Below are positions 50,367 to 61,671 of a stretch of DNA of 64,000 bases, piece by piece. A program made the position numbers and the translations under genes. Source of the DNA: Alkalispirochaeta sp. (GTDB lineage: Bacteria > Spirochaetota > Spirochaetia > DSM-27196 > Alkalispirochaetaceae). The notes under the pieces are model-generated. The model was not told where the DNA came from. It searched no databases and was given only the letters and a program-made list of their open reading frames with translations. The number at the start of each line of letters is the position of its first letter. Position 1 is the first letter of the stretch. The stretch lies in contig OZ271854.1 of assembly GCA_965601925.1 (NCBI GenBank), positions 1,600,001 to 1,664,000 of the forward strand, given 5' to 3'.

Positions 50367-50951
50367 ATGACCGATACAACTTTCCAAGCCGCCGATGAAC
50401 GTGAACTCGATATTCTTGCTCACGTTCACCACGCCCACGAGGCGAACGAACACCAGAGTCAACGCTCCATCGCCCAGGCGTTGGGCATGAGCGTAGGACT
50501 TACCAACGCGATACTCCGGCGTCTGGTGGACAAAGGCTTTCTTATGATGCGGCGTATCAACCAGCACAACGCTCACTATCTCGTGACGCCCGCAGGCATT
50601 GAGCAGATAAGCCGACGCAGCTACCTATACTTGCGACGTACCATCGGGCATGTGGTGCGCTACAAGGAGCGTATTCGCGCCTTTTGTCGTGAGCAGGCGA
50701 CCTCCGGTATCCGGGAGATAGTTCTTGTGGGCGAGAGTGATCTCGCGTTTCTCTTGGAGTGGTGTGCCGAGAAGGAAGGAATCAACGTTCGGTATCTCGC
50801 TTCGTCAGACGAGGTCCCAATGGGCGACGCGCATACCGGGAAAAAGCGGGGAGACGGCGGGACGTGCGTTGTTCTCACCGAGTCGGTACTTCAGTCGGAA
50901 GACCCCGGCGTCATTTTATTGCACGGGATAGTTTTGGGAACCGAGCGGTAG
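50367..50951 (+). CDS. Winged-helix MarR-type (EPS-associated) transcriptional regulator
   Basis: SQRSIAQALGMSVGLTNAILRRLVDKG...YLVTPAG; heads the polysaccharide cluster. Confidence 0.82.
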   Translation: MTDTTFQAADERELDILAHVHHAHEANEHQSQRSIAQALGMSVGLTNAILRRLVDKGFLMMRRINQHNAHYLVTPAGIEQISRRSYLYLRRTIGHVVRYKERIRAFCREQATSGIREIVLVGESDLAFLLEWCAEKEGINVRYLASSDEVPMGDAHTGKKRGDGGTCVVLTESVLQSEDPGVILLHGIVLGTER

Positions 50952-51066
50952 TCTTCAACGGATTGTGAAGACACCTGTATGTGTCCCGTAAAGAATGCGG
51001 AATCCAAGTCCGCACGATAGTAAGAATTCCATCTCGGAAGAAAGATCAAATCCTACAGGAGTGATT

Positions 51067-52023
51067 GTGAACTTTGCCATAGTCGGTTGTGGAAGAATCA
51101 GTAAACGACACATAGAGGCCCTTGATGCCGCCGAAGGAGCTATGCTCACCGCGGTGTGTGATGTGCAGCAGGAACGAATGTCGGCCGGACTATTGGAAGG
51201 CCGAGACGTTCTTCGTGTCACGGACTACGGGGATCTGAGCGGCAAAGGCCTCGATGCGGTTGCAATATGTACGCCATCGGGTCTGCATCCCGCTCATGCC
51301 ACAGAGATTGCCGAACGTACCGATGTTCCCAACATTATCATCGAAAAACCGATTTCGCTCACCGTGAGGGAGGCGTTTGCACTTCTTAGACGCGTTGACG
51401 AAACGGGCAAACGACTCATTCCGGTGTATCAGAATCGATACAATCCTTTGGTGCAGTTCGTGCGTGAGCTCATTGACACGGGGAAGCTCGGTACCATTCA
51501 CCAATTCAATGTCAACATTTTCTGGAACCGTAATGATGACTACTTCAAAATCGATTGGCACGGCACGCGAGAGCTGGACGGCGGTGTTCTCTACACGCAG
51601 GCGAGTCACTACGTCGATATGTTGCTGTATCTCTTCGGCCCGGTCGTAGAGGCAAAGGGGCTCGGAGGACGACTCCGTCAACTCCCGGTGCAGGACTCGA
51701 TCAGCGCCGTCATCGCGCATCGAGACGGCGCCGTCGGCTCGCTAAACTGTACGGTCAGCACGTATCGTAAGAATTACCAGACTGAGTTCACCGTGATTGG
51801 TTCCAAGGGGACCGTGCGACTCCAGGGCACCAACTTGAATACCATCGACTTTTGGGATGTGGACGGAATGGATAAGCCCGACATGGATTTTACGTTGGAT
51901 CATATCTACGGCAAGGGACACGATTTTCTCTACCGATACATAGTCGAGAACAATGAGGCGATGTTTCCATCCCGTGACGATGTGATTTCCGGTATTGAGT
52001 TGATGGAACGACTGAGTTTTTGA
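51067..52023 (+). CDS. Gfo/Idh/MocA oxidoreductase (WbpB/WlbA-like UDP-GlcNAcA 3-dehydrogenase)
   Basis: GCGRIS..H, CTPSGLH, EKP, QNRYN, DGG...QASHYVD; cluster context. Confidence 0.85.
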   Translation: MNFAIVGCGRISKRHIEALDAAEGAMLTAVCDVQQERMSAGLLEGRDVLRVTDYGDLSGKGLDAVAICTPSGLHPAHATEIAERTDVPNIIIEKPISLTVREAFALLRRVDETGKRLIPVYQNRYNPLVQFVRELIDTGKLGTIHQFNVNIFWNRNDDYFKIDWHGTRELDGGVLYTQASHYVDMLLYLFGPVVEAKGLGGRLRQLPVQDSISAVIAHRDGAVGSLNCTVSTYRKNYQTEFTVIGSKGTVRLQGTNLNTIDFWDVDGMDKPDMDFTLDHIYGKGHDFLYRYIVENNEAMFPSRDDVISGIELMERLSF

Positions 52024-52031
52024 GGTAACCA

Positions 52032-53132
52032 ATGCAATTTGTCGATCTGAAGCGGCAGTACCGCGAGTACAAGTCTGAAATCATGGCGGAAATCGAGTCG
52101 GTGCTGGAAAGTACCTCTTTTATTAACGGCCCGGCGATTCGAGAGTTGGAGGAGCGGCTGGCCGAACATACCGGCGTACGACACGCCATCGGTTGTTCAA
52201 GCGGCACCGATGCGTTGGTACTTGGAATGATGGCTCTCGATGTTCAGCGGGGCGACGAGATTATCGTCCCCGATTTCTCTTTTATCGCGACCGCGGAGAC
52301 CGTCGCTTTTATGGGCGCGACACCGGTGTTCGTCGACGTTCGTCCCGATACATACAATGTTGATCCCGAATCGGTACGGGCGGCGATAAGTGATAAGACG
52401 GTCGGTGTCGTTCCGGTCTCGCTCTACGGGCAGGTTGCGGATATGGACGAGATCAATGCTATAGCTGCAGAGCACCGTTTGTGGGTGATGGAGGACGGAG
52501 CTCAATCGTACGGAGCCACGTACAGAGGAAAGCGTTCGTGTTCCCTGTCCAGGATCGGTACGACGTCGTTTTTCCCGGCGAAACCGCTCGGCGGGTACGG
52601 CGATGGAGGGGCGGTGTTCACCGACGACGACAGCCTCGCCTCTCGGATGCGCATGATCTTGAATCACGGACAGCGAAAACGGTACGATCACGCCGTCATC
52701 GGGCTGAACGCGAGGCTTGATACGCTCCAAGCCGCGGTGCTGAAGGTCAAATTGAAACATTTCGATCAAGAGGTCGAACGTCGCGGGCAGATCGCCGAGT
52801 GGTACGATGGTGCGTTCAAAGAACGCGCGGATATCGTCGAACCGACGATACTTCCTCACAATCGTTCGGTCTGGGCTCAGTACACCGTCCGTGTGCCGAA
52901 TCGTGTTCACGTACAGGCACGGTTGAAGGAACGAAACATTCCGACGGCCGTGCACTATCCGATACCATTACATCGGCAGGATGCATTCGCCGATCATGTG
53001 CAACACGACGTCTCGGTACCGCATACCGAGAGAGCAAGTGAGGAAGTCATGTCGCTTCCCATGCATCCGTTCATGTCCAAAGAGGATGTCTCGACCGTTG
53101 CGGAAGCGGTGAAAGAAGCCGTTCATGAGTGA
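52032..53132 (+). CDS. DegT/DnrJ aminotransferase (WbpE/WlbC-like)
   Basis: [37 protein letters not shown]. Confidence 0.9.
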   Translation: MQFVDLKRQYREYKSEIMAEIESVLESTSFINGPAIRELEERLAEHTGVRHAIGCSSGTDALVLGMMALDVQRGDEIIVPDFSFIATAETVAFMGATPVFVDVRPDTYNVDPESVRAAISDKTVGVVPVSLYGQVADMDEINAIAAEHRLWVMEDGAQSYGATYRGKRSCSLSRIGTTSFFPAKPLGGYGDGGAVFTDDDSLASRMRMILNHGQRKRYDHAVIGLNARLDTLQAAVLKVKLKHFDQEVERRGQIAEWYDGAFKERADIVEPTILPHNRSVWAQYTVRVPNRVHVQARLKERNIPTAVHYPIPLHRQDAFADHVQHDVSVPHTERASEEVMSLPMHPFMSKEDVSTVAEAVKEAVHE

Positions 53133-53685
53133 GTACTACGCTCATCCGACCGCCGTAATCGACGACGGCGCCGCAGTCGGCGCCGGCACCAAGATCTGGC
53201 ATTTTTGTCACGTCATGGCCGGTGCGACGATCGGTGAGCGCTGTGTTCTGGGACAAAACGTATACGTCGGCAGTCGCGGTGTCTTGGGTGATGGGGTAAA
53301 AGTCCAGAACAACGTGTCGATCTACGACGACGTGATCTGCGAGGACGACGTTTTTCTCGGTCCCAGCTGTGTTCTCACCAATGTGACCAACCCCCGTTCT
53401 TTCGTGGAACGTAAAGAGGAGTACCGGACTACTCGCATAAAGCGTGGTGCTTCGGTGGGTGCCAACGCTACGATCGTGTGCGGCGTTACGCTTGGTGAGT
53501 ACTGCTTCGTCGGAGCCGGAGCCGTCGTCACAAAAGACGTTCCGGCTTATGCGTTGGTGTTCGGTACCCCGGCGATACGCCGAGGATGGATGAGTCGCGC
53601 CGGTCTGCGGCTCGGTGAAGACTTAGTGTGCCCGGAAACCGGTGAGCGATACAAAGAAGTCGATGGAGAGCTGATACGACTATGA
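53125..53685 (+). CDS. Hexapeptide N-acetyltransferase (WbpD/WlbB-like)
   Basis: [31 protein letters not shown]. Confidence 0.92.
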   Translation: MSEYYAHPTAVIDDGAAVGAGTKIWHFCHVMAGATIGERCVLGQNVYVGSRGVLGDGVKVQNNVSIYDDVICEDDVFLGPSCVLTNVTNPRSFVERKEEYRTTRIKRGASVGANATIVCGVTLGEYCFVGAGAVVTKDVPAYALVFGTPAIRRGWMSRAGLRLGEDLVCPETGERYKEVDGELIRL

Positions 53686-54989
53686 TGGTACAAGAATTCA
53701 TAAGAAAGATCGAAGATAGATCCGTTGTTGTAGGAGTCTTAGGGCTCGGGTATGTCGGGCTGCCTTTGGCTGTGGCGTTTGCCAAGAACGGAATCACCGT
53801 CTTAGGTTTTGAGAAGAGTGAACGTAAGGCCGCCGACGTCAATAATGCCAAGAACTATATTGCCGACGTTGAAGATAGCGAGCTTACGCACGTCGTCTCG
53901 AGCGGAGTGCTTTCGGCCACAACCGATTTCTCTCGGATCGCTGAATGTGATGCGGCTATCATATGTGTCCCGACTCCTTTGGATCGCTTCAAGAAGCCCG
54001 ATCTGAGCTATGTCGAGGGTGCCGCCCGCGAAATCGGTCGGCACATGAAACCCGGCACCTTCGTGAGTCTGGAAAGCACGACTTTTCCGACCACTACGGA
54101 AGACATCCTTAAGCCGGTTCTCGAGCGAGAGTCGAATCTCGTCTGCGGGAAGGACTTTTTTCTCGCATACAGTCCGGAGCGAGTCGATCCCGGGAATAAG
54201 AACTGGAAAACGGAGAACACTCCCAAGGTTGTCGGTGCAATGAGCGATAACGGGCTTGAGATCGCCATGAAGTTGTACGGAACCGCGGTAAATACGTTGT
54301 ATCCCGTTTCGAGTCCGCGCATCGCGGAAATGGTGAAAATTCTCGAGAACACCTATCGCCTCGTCAACATTTCCATGATGAACGAGCTCGCCCTTCTTGC
54401 CGGTAAGATGGATATCAATATCTGGGAAGTCATTGAGGCCGCCAAGACCAAACCGTATGGATTCCAAGCCTTTTATCCGGGACCGGGAATCGGTGGGCAT
54501 TGTATCCCGTTAGACCCGTTTTACTTGGAGTACATCGCCAAGCAGTACGACTTTGACCTTACGATGATCCACACCGCCGGTCACATCGATCTCCTTATGC
54601 CGCACCGTATGACGATTAAGATTACGAGTGCTCTCAATCGACATAAGAAGTCGATCAACGGCTCCAAGATTCTGTTTCTCGGTGTCGCGTACAAACCGGA
54701 CATCGCCGACGAGCGTGAAAGCCCCGCACTCAAGATCATCGATGAGGTGCTCGGAAAGGGTGGAATCGTGGACTACTACGATCCGTTTATCGCAAAAGTT
54801 TCGACACCCCGCGGCAGCACCCTTGAACGGAGTGATGGCGCGTTGGCCGACATAGCCGTTTACGATCTGGTCGTAATCGCTACTAAACACACCGATATAG
54901 ACTACGCAGCGCTGGGAGCGCGTGCTCAGCTTATTGTGGATCTGCAGAACACCTTTCCCGCTTCCGCCGAGCGAGTATACAAGCTATAG
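53682..54989 (+). CDS. UDP-N-acetylhexosamine 6-dehydrogenase (WbpA-like)
   Basis: [35 protein letters not shown]. Confidence 0.9.
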   Translation: MMVQEFIRKIEDRSVVVGVLGLGYVGLPLAVAFAKNGITVLGFEKSERKAADVNNAKNYIADVEDSELTHVVSSGVLSATTDFSRIAECDAAIICVPTPLDRFKKPDLSYVEGAAREIGRHMKPGTFVSLESTTFPTTTEDILKPVLERESNLVCGKDFFLAYSPERVDPGNKNWKTENTPKVVGAMSDNGLEIAMKLYGTAVNTLYPVSSPRIAEMVKILENTYRLVNISMMNELALLAGKMDINIWEVIEAAKTKPYGFQAFYPGPGIGGHCIPLDPFYLEYIAKQYDFDLTMIHTAGHIDLLMPHRMTIKITSALNRHKKSINGSKILFLGVAYKPDIADERESPALKIIDEVLGKGGIVDYYDPFIAKVSTPRGSTLERSDGALADIAVYDLVVIATKHTDIDYAALGARAQLIVDLQNTFPASAERVYKL

Positions 54990-55046
54990 CCGTGCGAAGA
55001 TTTGATATGTGCTGCAAACAAGGTTTTATCCGTTAAAGGAAAAAGA

Positions 55047-55910
55047 ATGAAACTCTGGATTATCCTACCGGCATATAATGAAGAGAACTCCATTCCGATT
55101 CTGTTTCCCAAGCTCAGAGAGTGGTGTCAAAAGATTGCTGAAGAATATGCAATCGTCGTCGTTGACGACGGCAGTTCCGATAGCACGCCCGAAGTCCTGA
55201 ATCGGATGGGTGCCGAATACCCATTACACGTTGTACGGCATTCCATTAATCGCGGGCTGGGAGAATCTGAGCGTGACGCGTTCGAGTTTGTTGCGGAAAA
55301 CGCCCATGAGGACGATATAGCGATCAGGATGGACTGCGATGACACACACGAGCCGGCGTATATTCTCTCCCTTACGGAGAAGATCGGCGAAGGTTTTGAC
55401 GTCGTAAACACCTCTCGCTTCCAACGGGGAGGCGGGCAGAAAGGCGTGAATGCTCATCGCGCCCTCATTAGTTACTCGGCAAACCTGTTTATGAAGATTC
55501 TCTTCAATATCAAAGGCGTTAGAGATTACTCGTGCGGCTTTCGAGCCTATCGTATCGCGGTATTGCGCGATGCCGTACGGATATTCGGCAACAGCTTCAT
55601 TCAACTCAAAGGACTCGGATTTACCTCTACCCTGGAGACGATCGTAAAATTGAAGTTGCTTGGATCTCGTTTTGCGGAAGTCCCCTTTGTACTTCGATAC
55701 GACAAGAAGGCGAGCCCGAGCAAAATGGTCAGTAGCATTACCACACTCGGATACTTGGCGATGGCGATATTGTACCATTGGCCGTTTGGAGGGTGGCGGT
55801 GGTTCTATCGAAAACTCGCATCGACATATCAGCAATCGCCGGAGTCCGCGTTCAAACGGTTTGCCCGGAGCCAAGTAAAGCGTCCCACGGTCAGTCAAAT
55901 CGGCGGGTGA
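55047..55910 (+). CDS. Glycosyltransferase family 2 (DPM1-like)
   Basis: LPAYNEE, VDDGSSD, MDCD, DYSCGFRAY. Confidence 0.88.
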   Translation: MKLWIILPAYNEENSIPILFPKLREWCQKIAEEYAIVVVDDGSSDSTPEVLNRMGAEYPLHVVRHSINRGLGESERDAFEFVAENAHEDDIAIRMDCDDTHEPAYILSLTEKIGEGFDVVNTSRFQRGGGQKGVNAHRALISYSANLFMKILFNIKGVRDYSCGFRAYRIAVLRDAVRIFGNSFIQLKGLGFTSTLETIVKLKLLGSRFAEVPFVLRYDKKASPSKMVSSITTLGYLAMAILYHWPFGGWRWFYRKLASTYQQSPESAFKRFARSQVKRPTVSQIGG

Positions 55911-56139
55911 TCAGATCGTAGGTCTTCCCTTGGAAAGAGTCATTGTCAAGAGTCATCCTCTTCAGAAGAGAGAAACGCAGGATATCATGGTTTTCGAACA
56001 GACGGATTATGTGGTTCCGATGTGGATAGAGAGTCTTGTCTCGCTGGCTGGGCTCGACTGTCGTGTTTTGGCAACGCGGACGTATATCGATAGTGGTTTG
56101 TACCTTTACCTCGAACAGTCTGCATAAGCATCGCTAACT

Positions 56140-58032
56140 ATGTGCGCAATAACGGGAATACTGACACACGGCAAAAATCTGGAGGAACGGGAAAAGACGA
56201 TCGAGACGATGATGTCTCGTCTCGCTCATCGCGGGCCCGACGGTGAGGGACGCGTGCATGTACCTCACCAAGCCTTTTTGGGGCACCGGCGGTTGGCGAT
56301 AATCGACTGCGAACACGGCGCTCAGCCGATGCTGTCCTCGGATGGGCGCTATACACTCGTCTATAATGGTGAGATATATAATTATCTTGAAATAAGACAA
56401 AGTCTTATTCAAAAGGGATTTCACTTTCGTACCTTCTCGGATACTGAGGTTTTGCTCCAACTCCTCGTTAGCGAAGGGGCTGAAGCCGTCCACCGCCTGA
56501 ATGGGATGTTCGCGTTTCTCTTTCATGACCGGAAAACAAACGAGTGGATTGCAGCGCGGGATCATTTTGGCATAAAGCCCTTTTACTATGCGATCGTAGC
56601 CGACGAGTTCGTCTTTGCGTCCGAAATCAAAGCGTTGTTTGCTCATCCCGGTATCAAAGCGAGTCGAGACGATCATTCGTTGCAACAGTACCTCACTTTT
56701 CAGTTCTGTCTCGATGATCGAACGCTCTTTCAGGGCGTTCGAAAGATCCGACCCGGGCACATTCTTCTCGGCCGGGGAGGTAGTATCGTCGCGGACAGGT
56801 GCTACTGGGACACCGATTATCAGATAGATGAGTATCATACCGAGGAGTATTTCACCGATCGCCTACGCGACCTGCTGGTCGACAGCGTCCGTTTACAGCT
56901 CCGTTCGGACGTTCCACTCGGAGGATACCTTTCCGGTGGGCTCGATTCGAGCCTCGTAAGCGCCATAGCATCCGACCATTTGCAAGAGTCGTTGCCGATG
57001 TTCCACGGCAGATTTGCAGAGGGTCCGGAATACGATGAATCGACGTACGCAAAGGAGCTGGTTGATTTTTCAAACGGTCGGTATCTGGAGGTAGTGCCGT
57101 CCGCGAGCGATTTCGTACGGGATCTTCCCGACATCATCTACGCCTTGGACGAGCCGATTGCCGGGCCCGGTTCTTTTCCTCAGCTAGCAGTCAGTCGTCT
57201 TGCGCGCGAACACGTGACGGTCGTTCTTGGCGGACAAGGTGGAGACGAGATATTTGCCGGCTACGCGCGCTATCTCGTCGGGTATCTTGAACAGGCCTTG
57301 AAGGGAGCGATTCTCGGAACACAAGAAGAAGGCAAGCATCTCGTAAGTCTCGAGTCCATTGTCCCTCATCTTCCGCTTCTGAAAGAGTATCGGCCGCTGC
57401 TATCCCAGTTCTGGTCGCGTGGCCTGTTTGATCCTATGGATGCGCGGTATTTTCGACTGATCGATCGAAGCGAAGGGTTGGACGCTCTTCTTACTGCGGA
57501 GATGGCCGGATCTATGGATCAGCAACGGCTTTTGGCAGATTTCCGCAGCATTTTTAATCACCCCGACACGAAGTCTTATGTTAATAAGATGACCCATTTC
57601 GATCAGAAAACACTACTGCCGGCGTTGCTCCAAATCGAGGACCGTGTGAGCATGACGGTGTCGTTGGAATCTCGAGTACCGTTGCTTGACTATCGAATCG
57701 TTGATTTGGTGACGACCATGCCCCCGCCGTTGAAGTTTCAAGGCGGACGCACCAAACATATATTGAAGAAGGCAATTCGAACATTGCTTCCTCCATCGAT
57801 CATGAATCGAAAGGATAAGATGGGTTTTCCCGTTCCGTTACGTGAGTGGATGAAGAAGGGAGTAGTCAGAGACTTTGTCGGCGATATACTCTTGAGTACC
57901 GATAGCAAAAATAGGGGAGTCTACCGCCCGGAAGCGCTGGAAGGCATGCTTTCGCAACAGGGCGTAGGGGGGCGCCGCTTGTGGGGCGCCCTAAGTCTTG
58001 AGTTGTGGCATAGGCAGTTCATTGATGGTTAA
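56140..58032 (+). CDS. asnB: Asparagine synthase (glutamine-hydrolysing)-like amidotransferase
   Basis: N-terminal Cys (MCAITG), HRGPD, NGEIYN, LSGGLDSS, GGDE, K.GF; in the polysaccharide cluster. Confidence 0.9.
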   Translation: MCAITGILTHGKNLEEREKTIETMMSRLAHRGPDGEGRVHVPHQAFLGHRRLAIIDCEHGAQPMLSSDGRYTLVYNGEIYNYLEIRQSLIQKGFHFRTFSDTEVLLQLLVSEGAEAVHRLNGMFAFLFHDRKTNEWIAARDHFGIKPFYYAIVADEFVFASEIKALFAHPGIKASRDDHSLQQYLTFQFCLDDRTLFQGVRKIRPGHILLGRGGSIVADRCYWDTDYQIDEYHTEEYFTDRLRDLLVDSVRLQLRSDVPLGGYLSGGLDSSLVSAIASDHLQESLPMFHGRFAEGPEYDESTYAKELVDFSNGRYLEVVPSASDFVRDLPDIIYALDEPIAGPGSFPQLAVSRLAREHVTVVLGGQGGDEIFAGYARYLVGYLEQALKGAILGTQEEGKHLVSLESIVPHLPLLKEYRPLLSQFWSRGLFDPMDARYFRLIDRSEGLDALLTAEMAGSMDQQRLLADFRSIFNHPDTKSYVNKMTHFDQKTLLPALLQIEDRVSMTVSLESRVPLLDYRIVDLVTTMPPPLKFQGGRTKHILKKAIRTLLPPSIMNRKDKMGFPVPLREWMKKGVVRDFVGDILLSTDSKNRGVYRPEALEGMLSQQGVGGRRLWGALSLELWHRQFIDG

Positions 58033-59337
58033 TGCAATCACACTACCCGACAGATCCGATATGATCGCACACGTCATCGAGTCTCTCGGTAGATACTGGC
58101 CCCAAAATAGCGATCATCTGTTGAATCTACCCGTTTACTCAGCTCCGCGTACGCCGCAATGCGAGGTTCCACGGTATGTCATGGTCGAAATGCCGCAGTG
58201 GGCTTCCGACACTGCGGTGAAGCGTAAACTGCTTATACCTGTTGCCGCGTGTTTGGACCCGGCCAACCCGTCTTGGGAGTGCACGGACTGGTGGCTGGCG
58301 GCATTCTTGATGCTTGAGTGCTGGCCGGAACGAGCGTTTGAAGAGGCCGGACGACCCATCCACTCGTATAGTTTTCGATTAACCCATTGGGATCAGCGTC
58401 TATGGGAGCGCGCGTGGGTCAATCGAATCGCACTGTTTCTCAGGTCGTGGGTGACTCGGGAGCTCGGGCAAAGCCCCGATGCGCTGTTTGGACCCGTGCC
58501 CAAAGCAACGATAGTGCTGACGCACGATGTTGATGCGGTTGAGAAGACGGTTCCGATACGCATCAAACAGACCGTATTCCACCTGTTCAACGCGCTGCGC
58601 GCGTTATCGCGATTGCACCTTCGGGCCGCGGCTAAGAAGCTTTACGCTGCGCTTCGGTTTTTTTTTGTCCAACCGATTGGTTTCTGTTCGATACGATTCT
58701 CGACCTTGAAAAGGAACATCGAATATGCGCGCACTTCAACTTTCATGCAAAGACCGCACGAAGAGGTCTGAAGCTGTGGTTACTCGATCCAGGGTATGAA
58801 ATCTCGAGTACACGAGTTGTAGAGCTTTTTGAGGAGATCCGAAAACACGGCGGGATCGTCGGATTGCATCCCGGCTACGATTCTTGGTCGTCCGCAAGTG
58901 CACTTCGAGCGCAGCGTCGTCGCTTAAGCGACGTCTCAAACGATGATGTGGTCTCGTGCCGGCAGCACTGGCTACGTTTTTCGTGGTCTCAAACTTGGGC
59001 CTCCCAAGCAGAGGCGGGGCTTAAGTACGATTCGACGCTCATGTTCAACGACCGATCCGGGTTCCGGGCGGCTGCGGCGGTATCATGGAAACCGTGGGAT
59101 CACAACCGTGGCGTACCACTCACCATTACGGCGACCCCTAGTGTTTTCATGGATTCGCAGTTCTACGATTATTCGGATATGACTGATGGACAACGGCGGG
59201 CGGCAATGCGATTTTGGCTCGACGAAATACGCACCGTAGGAGGAGAGGCGGCGGTGCTATGGCACCCCCACACACTCGCGCCCGACTACGGCTGGGCCGA
59301 TGGTTTCAGGGCTTTGGTCGAAGAGATGAGTATATGA
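58025..59337 (+). pseudogene. Polysaccharide deacetylase family protein split by a frameshift at a T9 tract
   Basis: THDVD in the 5' frame; GLHP, RQHWL, YDST, LWH in the 3' frame. One extra T at 58658-58666 gives a continuous 437-aa ORF. Confidence 0.8.
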
Positions 59338-59340
59338 GGT

Positions 59341-60111
59341 ATGAGTATTAAGATTCGAAATATTGTTCCCGGTTTTTTGTCTGCCAGATTGTGGGGAGAC
59401 CGAAAGCGTTTTGGCCTCGTACCTCAAGGCGACGATCCGTGTTGGCGCGAATGGCAATCGATGTATCTCGATTTCTACGAGGATAACCAGCGAGAAGGAA
59501 TCGGCGCTATCGTAAACGATGCCGGATACCGCGTAATGTCCGAGGTCGATCTGGATGGTAAGACTGTCTTGGAGATCGGTCCGGGAGATATCCGACACAT
59601 TGAGTTCTGGAACAGCAGACCGCAAAAGTTCATACTTGCCGACATTCAGGAAGGTATGCTTTTGAAGGGAGTTAAAAAGCTTGACGATGCAGGTGTAAGA
59701 ACCGAGAAAATCCTTTTGAAGCGTGGTCAGCCGCTTCCGATTCCCGATTCTTCGGTCGATATTGTCGTTTCGTTCTACTCCTTGGAGCATATCTACCCAT
59801 TAAAACCGTATCTTCAACAGGTGAAGCGGGTGTTGAAGCCGGGAGGGATACTTGTCGGAGCAATCCCTTGTGAAGGGGGACTCGCCTGGGGTGGTGGAAG
59901 GTTTGTCACGTCGCGTCGTTGGTACAAAAAGCACACCTCCATTAACCCCGACAAGATAATCTGTTGGGAACACCCAAACTTTGCGGACCAAATTGTTTCG
60001 ATGCTTGACACCGAGTTTTCTCGCCAAAAGTTGCGACATTGGCCGTTCGCTTGGGTGCCGTTGATCGATTTCAATTTGGTCTTGAAGTTTGTGTATCGTT
60101 TGGCTCCTTAG
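59341..60111 (+). CDS. Class I SAM-dependent methyltransferase
   Basis: VLEIGPG, LPIPDSSVD, LEH, RVLKPGG. Confidence 0.88.
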   Translation: MSIKIRNIVPGFLSARLWGDRKRFGLVPQGDDPCWREWQSMYLDFYEDNQREGIGAIVNDAGYRVMSEVDLDGKTVLEIGPGDIRHIEFWNSRPQKFILADIQEGMLLKGVKKLDDAGVRTEKILLKRGQPLPIPDSSVDIVVSFYSLEHIYPLKPYLQQVKRVLKPGGILVGAIPCEGGLAWGGGRFVTSRRWYKKHTSINPDKIICWEHPNFADQIVSMLDTEFSRQKLRHWPFAWVPLIDFNLVLKFVYRLAP

Positions 60112-60114
60112 GCA

Positions 60115-61671
60115 ATGTCGTATAATCCGTATCTATCGGAGGTAGAAGCCAGTCTTCCGCGCGTACTCGCCCTATTCGACCGGGACGAGACGAGCCACAG
60201 CTACGGTGTAGGCGACCGGTACTTCTGGGCGTGGGGTCTCATAGACTTCGCGAACGGCACGTTCCAAGGAGCCGCTCACGGACTCGCTCGATTATGGCGT
60301 CACGGGCTGTGGCCGTTTTCTACGGCGCCGGATGCGTTCGTGCGGCGTATCGACGCAATGTTTAGTGCGACGGCACGACTGACTCGTCGTGACGGAAGTC
60401 TGGAGGAGGCGTTTCCCAGAGAGGGTTCTTATTGCGTAACCGCGCTGTGCGCGTTTGATCTGCTGTGCGCCATAGATCTCCTTGGTGAAGAGGTGCCGGC
60501 ACATACCTTGGATAGATGGTATGAAGCCGTCGAGCCGTTAGTTGCCTATTTGGTGAAGGCCGATGAGACGCACGCTATCATATCCAACCATCTGGCGACC
60601 GCGATCGCCGCCTTGTTTCGCTGGTACGCACATTCCCCCGACACACCGGTGGAGAAGAAGGCCGAGGAGCTGCTGGCCCGCATCCGACGCCACGCTTCCG
60701 ACGAAGGATGGTATAAAGAGTATGAGGGAGCCGACCCCGGATATCAGACATTAGGACTCTATTATTTGGCCGATATCCACATTCGACGGCCCGATCTCGG
60801 TCTCGGGCAGGAGTTGGCTCGTGCGATTGACTTTCTTTCTTTCTTCGCGCATCCGGACGGCTCTTTCGGCGGACCGTACGGAAGCCGAAATACCCGGTTT
60901 TATAATCCCGCCGGCATAGAGGCCCTTGCGACCGAAGTTCCACAAGCTCAAGCTCTCGCTGATTTCATGGCGGAAAGCGTCGAACGCCGGACCGTTGTCA
61001 CGCTCAGCAGTATTGACGAGCCGAATCTGATTCCGTGGTTCAACGCCTATTGCTGGGCGGCCGCACTCCATTCCGGACGACGGATGGAGAGACGGACGGA
61101 TCAACTGCCGTGCCGGAAGAGTACCCGGGAGAGAACGGTGTTCGAAGAAGCGGGGCTCATCGTCGATAACGGACCCGGTCACTACACCCTCGTGAGCATC
61201 TACAAGGGCGGGATCGTTTCCCACTTCAACAAGACACGACGAATCCTTGAGGATGGCGGTGTCGTGGTTCGTAGCCGTCGTGGACAACTTGGTAGTACCC
61301 AAGGGTACAACAAAGACAACACAGTAACTCTCGATGGAGACACTATCGTAATTGAAGCGGATATCCACGCGATGCCGCGACGTCACCCCTCTCCCTTGAA
61401 TTTTCTCGTTCTCCGGGGGCTATCGTTAACCCTTTTTCGAGTTCGTCGGCTGAGGGAGTGCATCAAACGCCTCCTGGTACATTTGCTGATCACCGGTCGG
61501 CGCCGGTTTCCGGTGCGAAATACGCGCACGATCGTTTTGGGGGCCGATCTCTCGGTTCGCGACTCGTGCTCACTTCCCACGGGATACGGTCGGGTTCAAG
61601 ACACGGCGAATATGGTTGCGATTCATATGGCAAGCCAGGGATACTGGCAGTTGCAGGATGAGAGCTCGTGA
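60115..61671 (+). CDS. Hypothetical protein, possibly alpha/alpha-toroid (heparinase/lyase-like)
   Basis: 518-aa ORF coupled to its neighbours; SNH, GWYKEY.G.DPGY, PDG motifs weakly recall heparinase II/III-type proteins. Confidence 0.55.
   Translation: MSYNPYLSEVEASLPRVLALFDRDETSHSYGVGDRYFWAWGLIDFANGTFQGAAHGLARLWRHGLWPFSTAPDAFVRRIDAMFSATARLTRRDGSLEEAFPREGSYCVTALCAFDLLCAIDLLGEEVPAHTLDRWYEAVEPLVAYLVKADETHAIISNHLATAIAALFRWYAHSPDTPVEKKAEELLARIRRHASDEGWYKEYEGADPGYQTLGLYYLADIHIRRPDLGLGQELARAIDFLSFFAHPDGSFGGPYGSRNTRFYNPAGIEALATEVPQAQALADFMAESVERRTVVTLSSIDEPNLIPWFNAYCWAAALHSGRRMERRTDQLPCRKSTRERTVFEEAGLIVDNGPGHYTLVSIYKGGIVSHFNKTRRILEDGGVVVRSRRGQLGSTQGYNKDNTVTLDGDTIVIEADIHAMPRRHPSPLNFLVLRGLSLTLFRVRRLRECIKRLLVHLLITGRRRFPVRNTRTIVLGADLSVRDSCSLPTGYGRVQDTANMVAIHMASQGYWQLQDESS

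Noticed and set aside
55930..56127. 65-aa ORF between GT2 and asnB
   Set aside because: TTG start, no clear RBS and no motifs; could be a remnant but cannot be supported.
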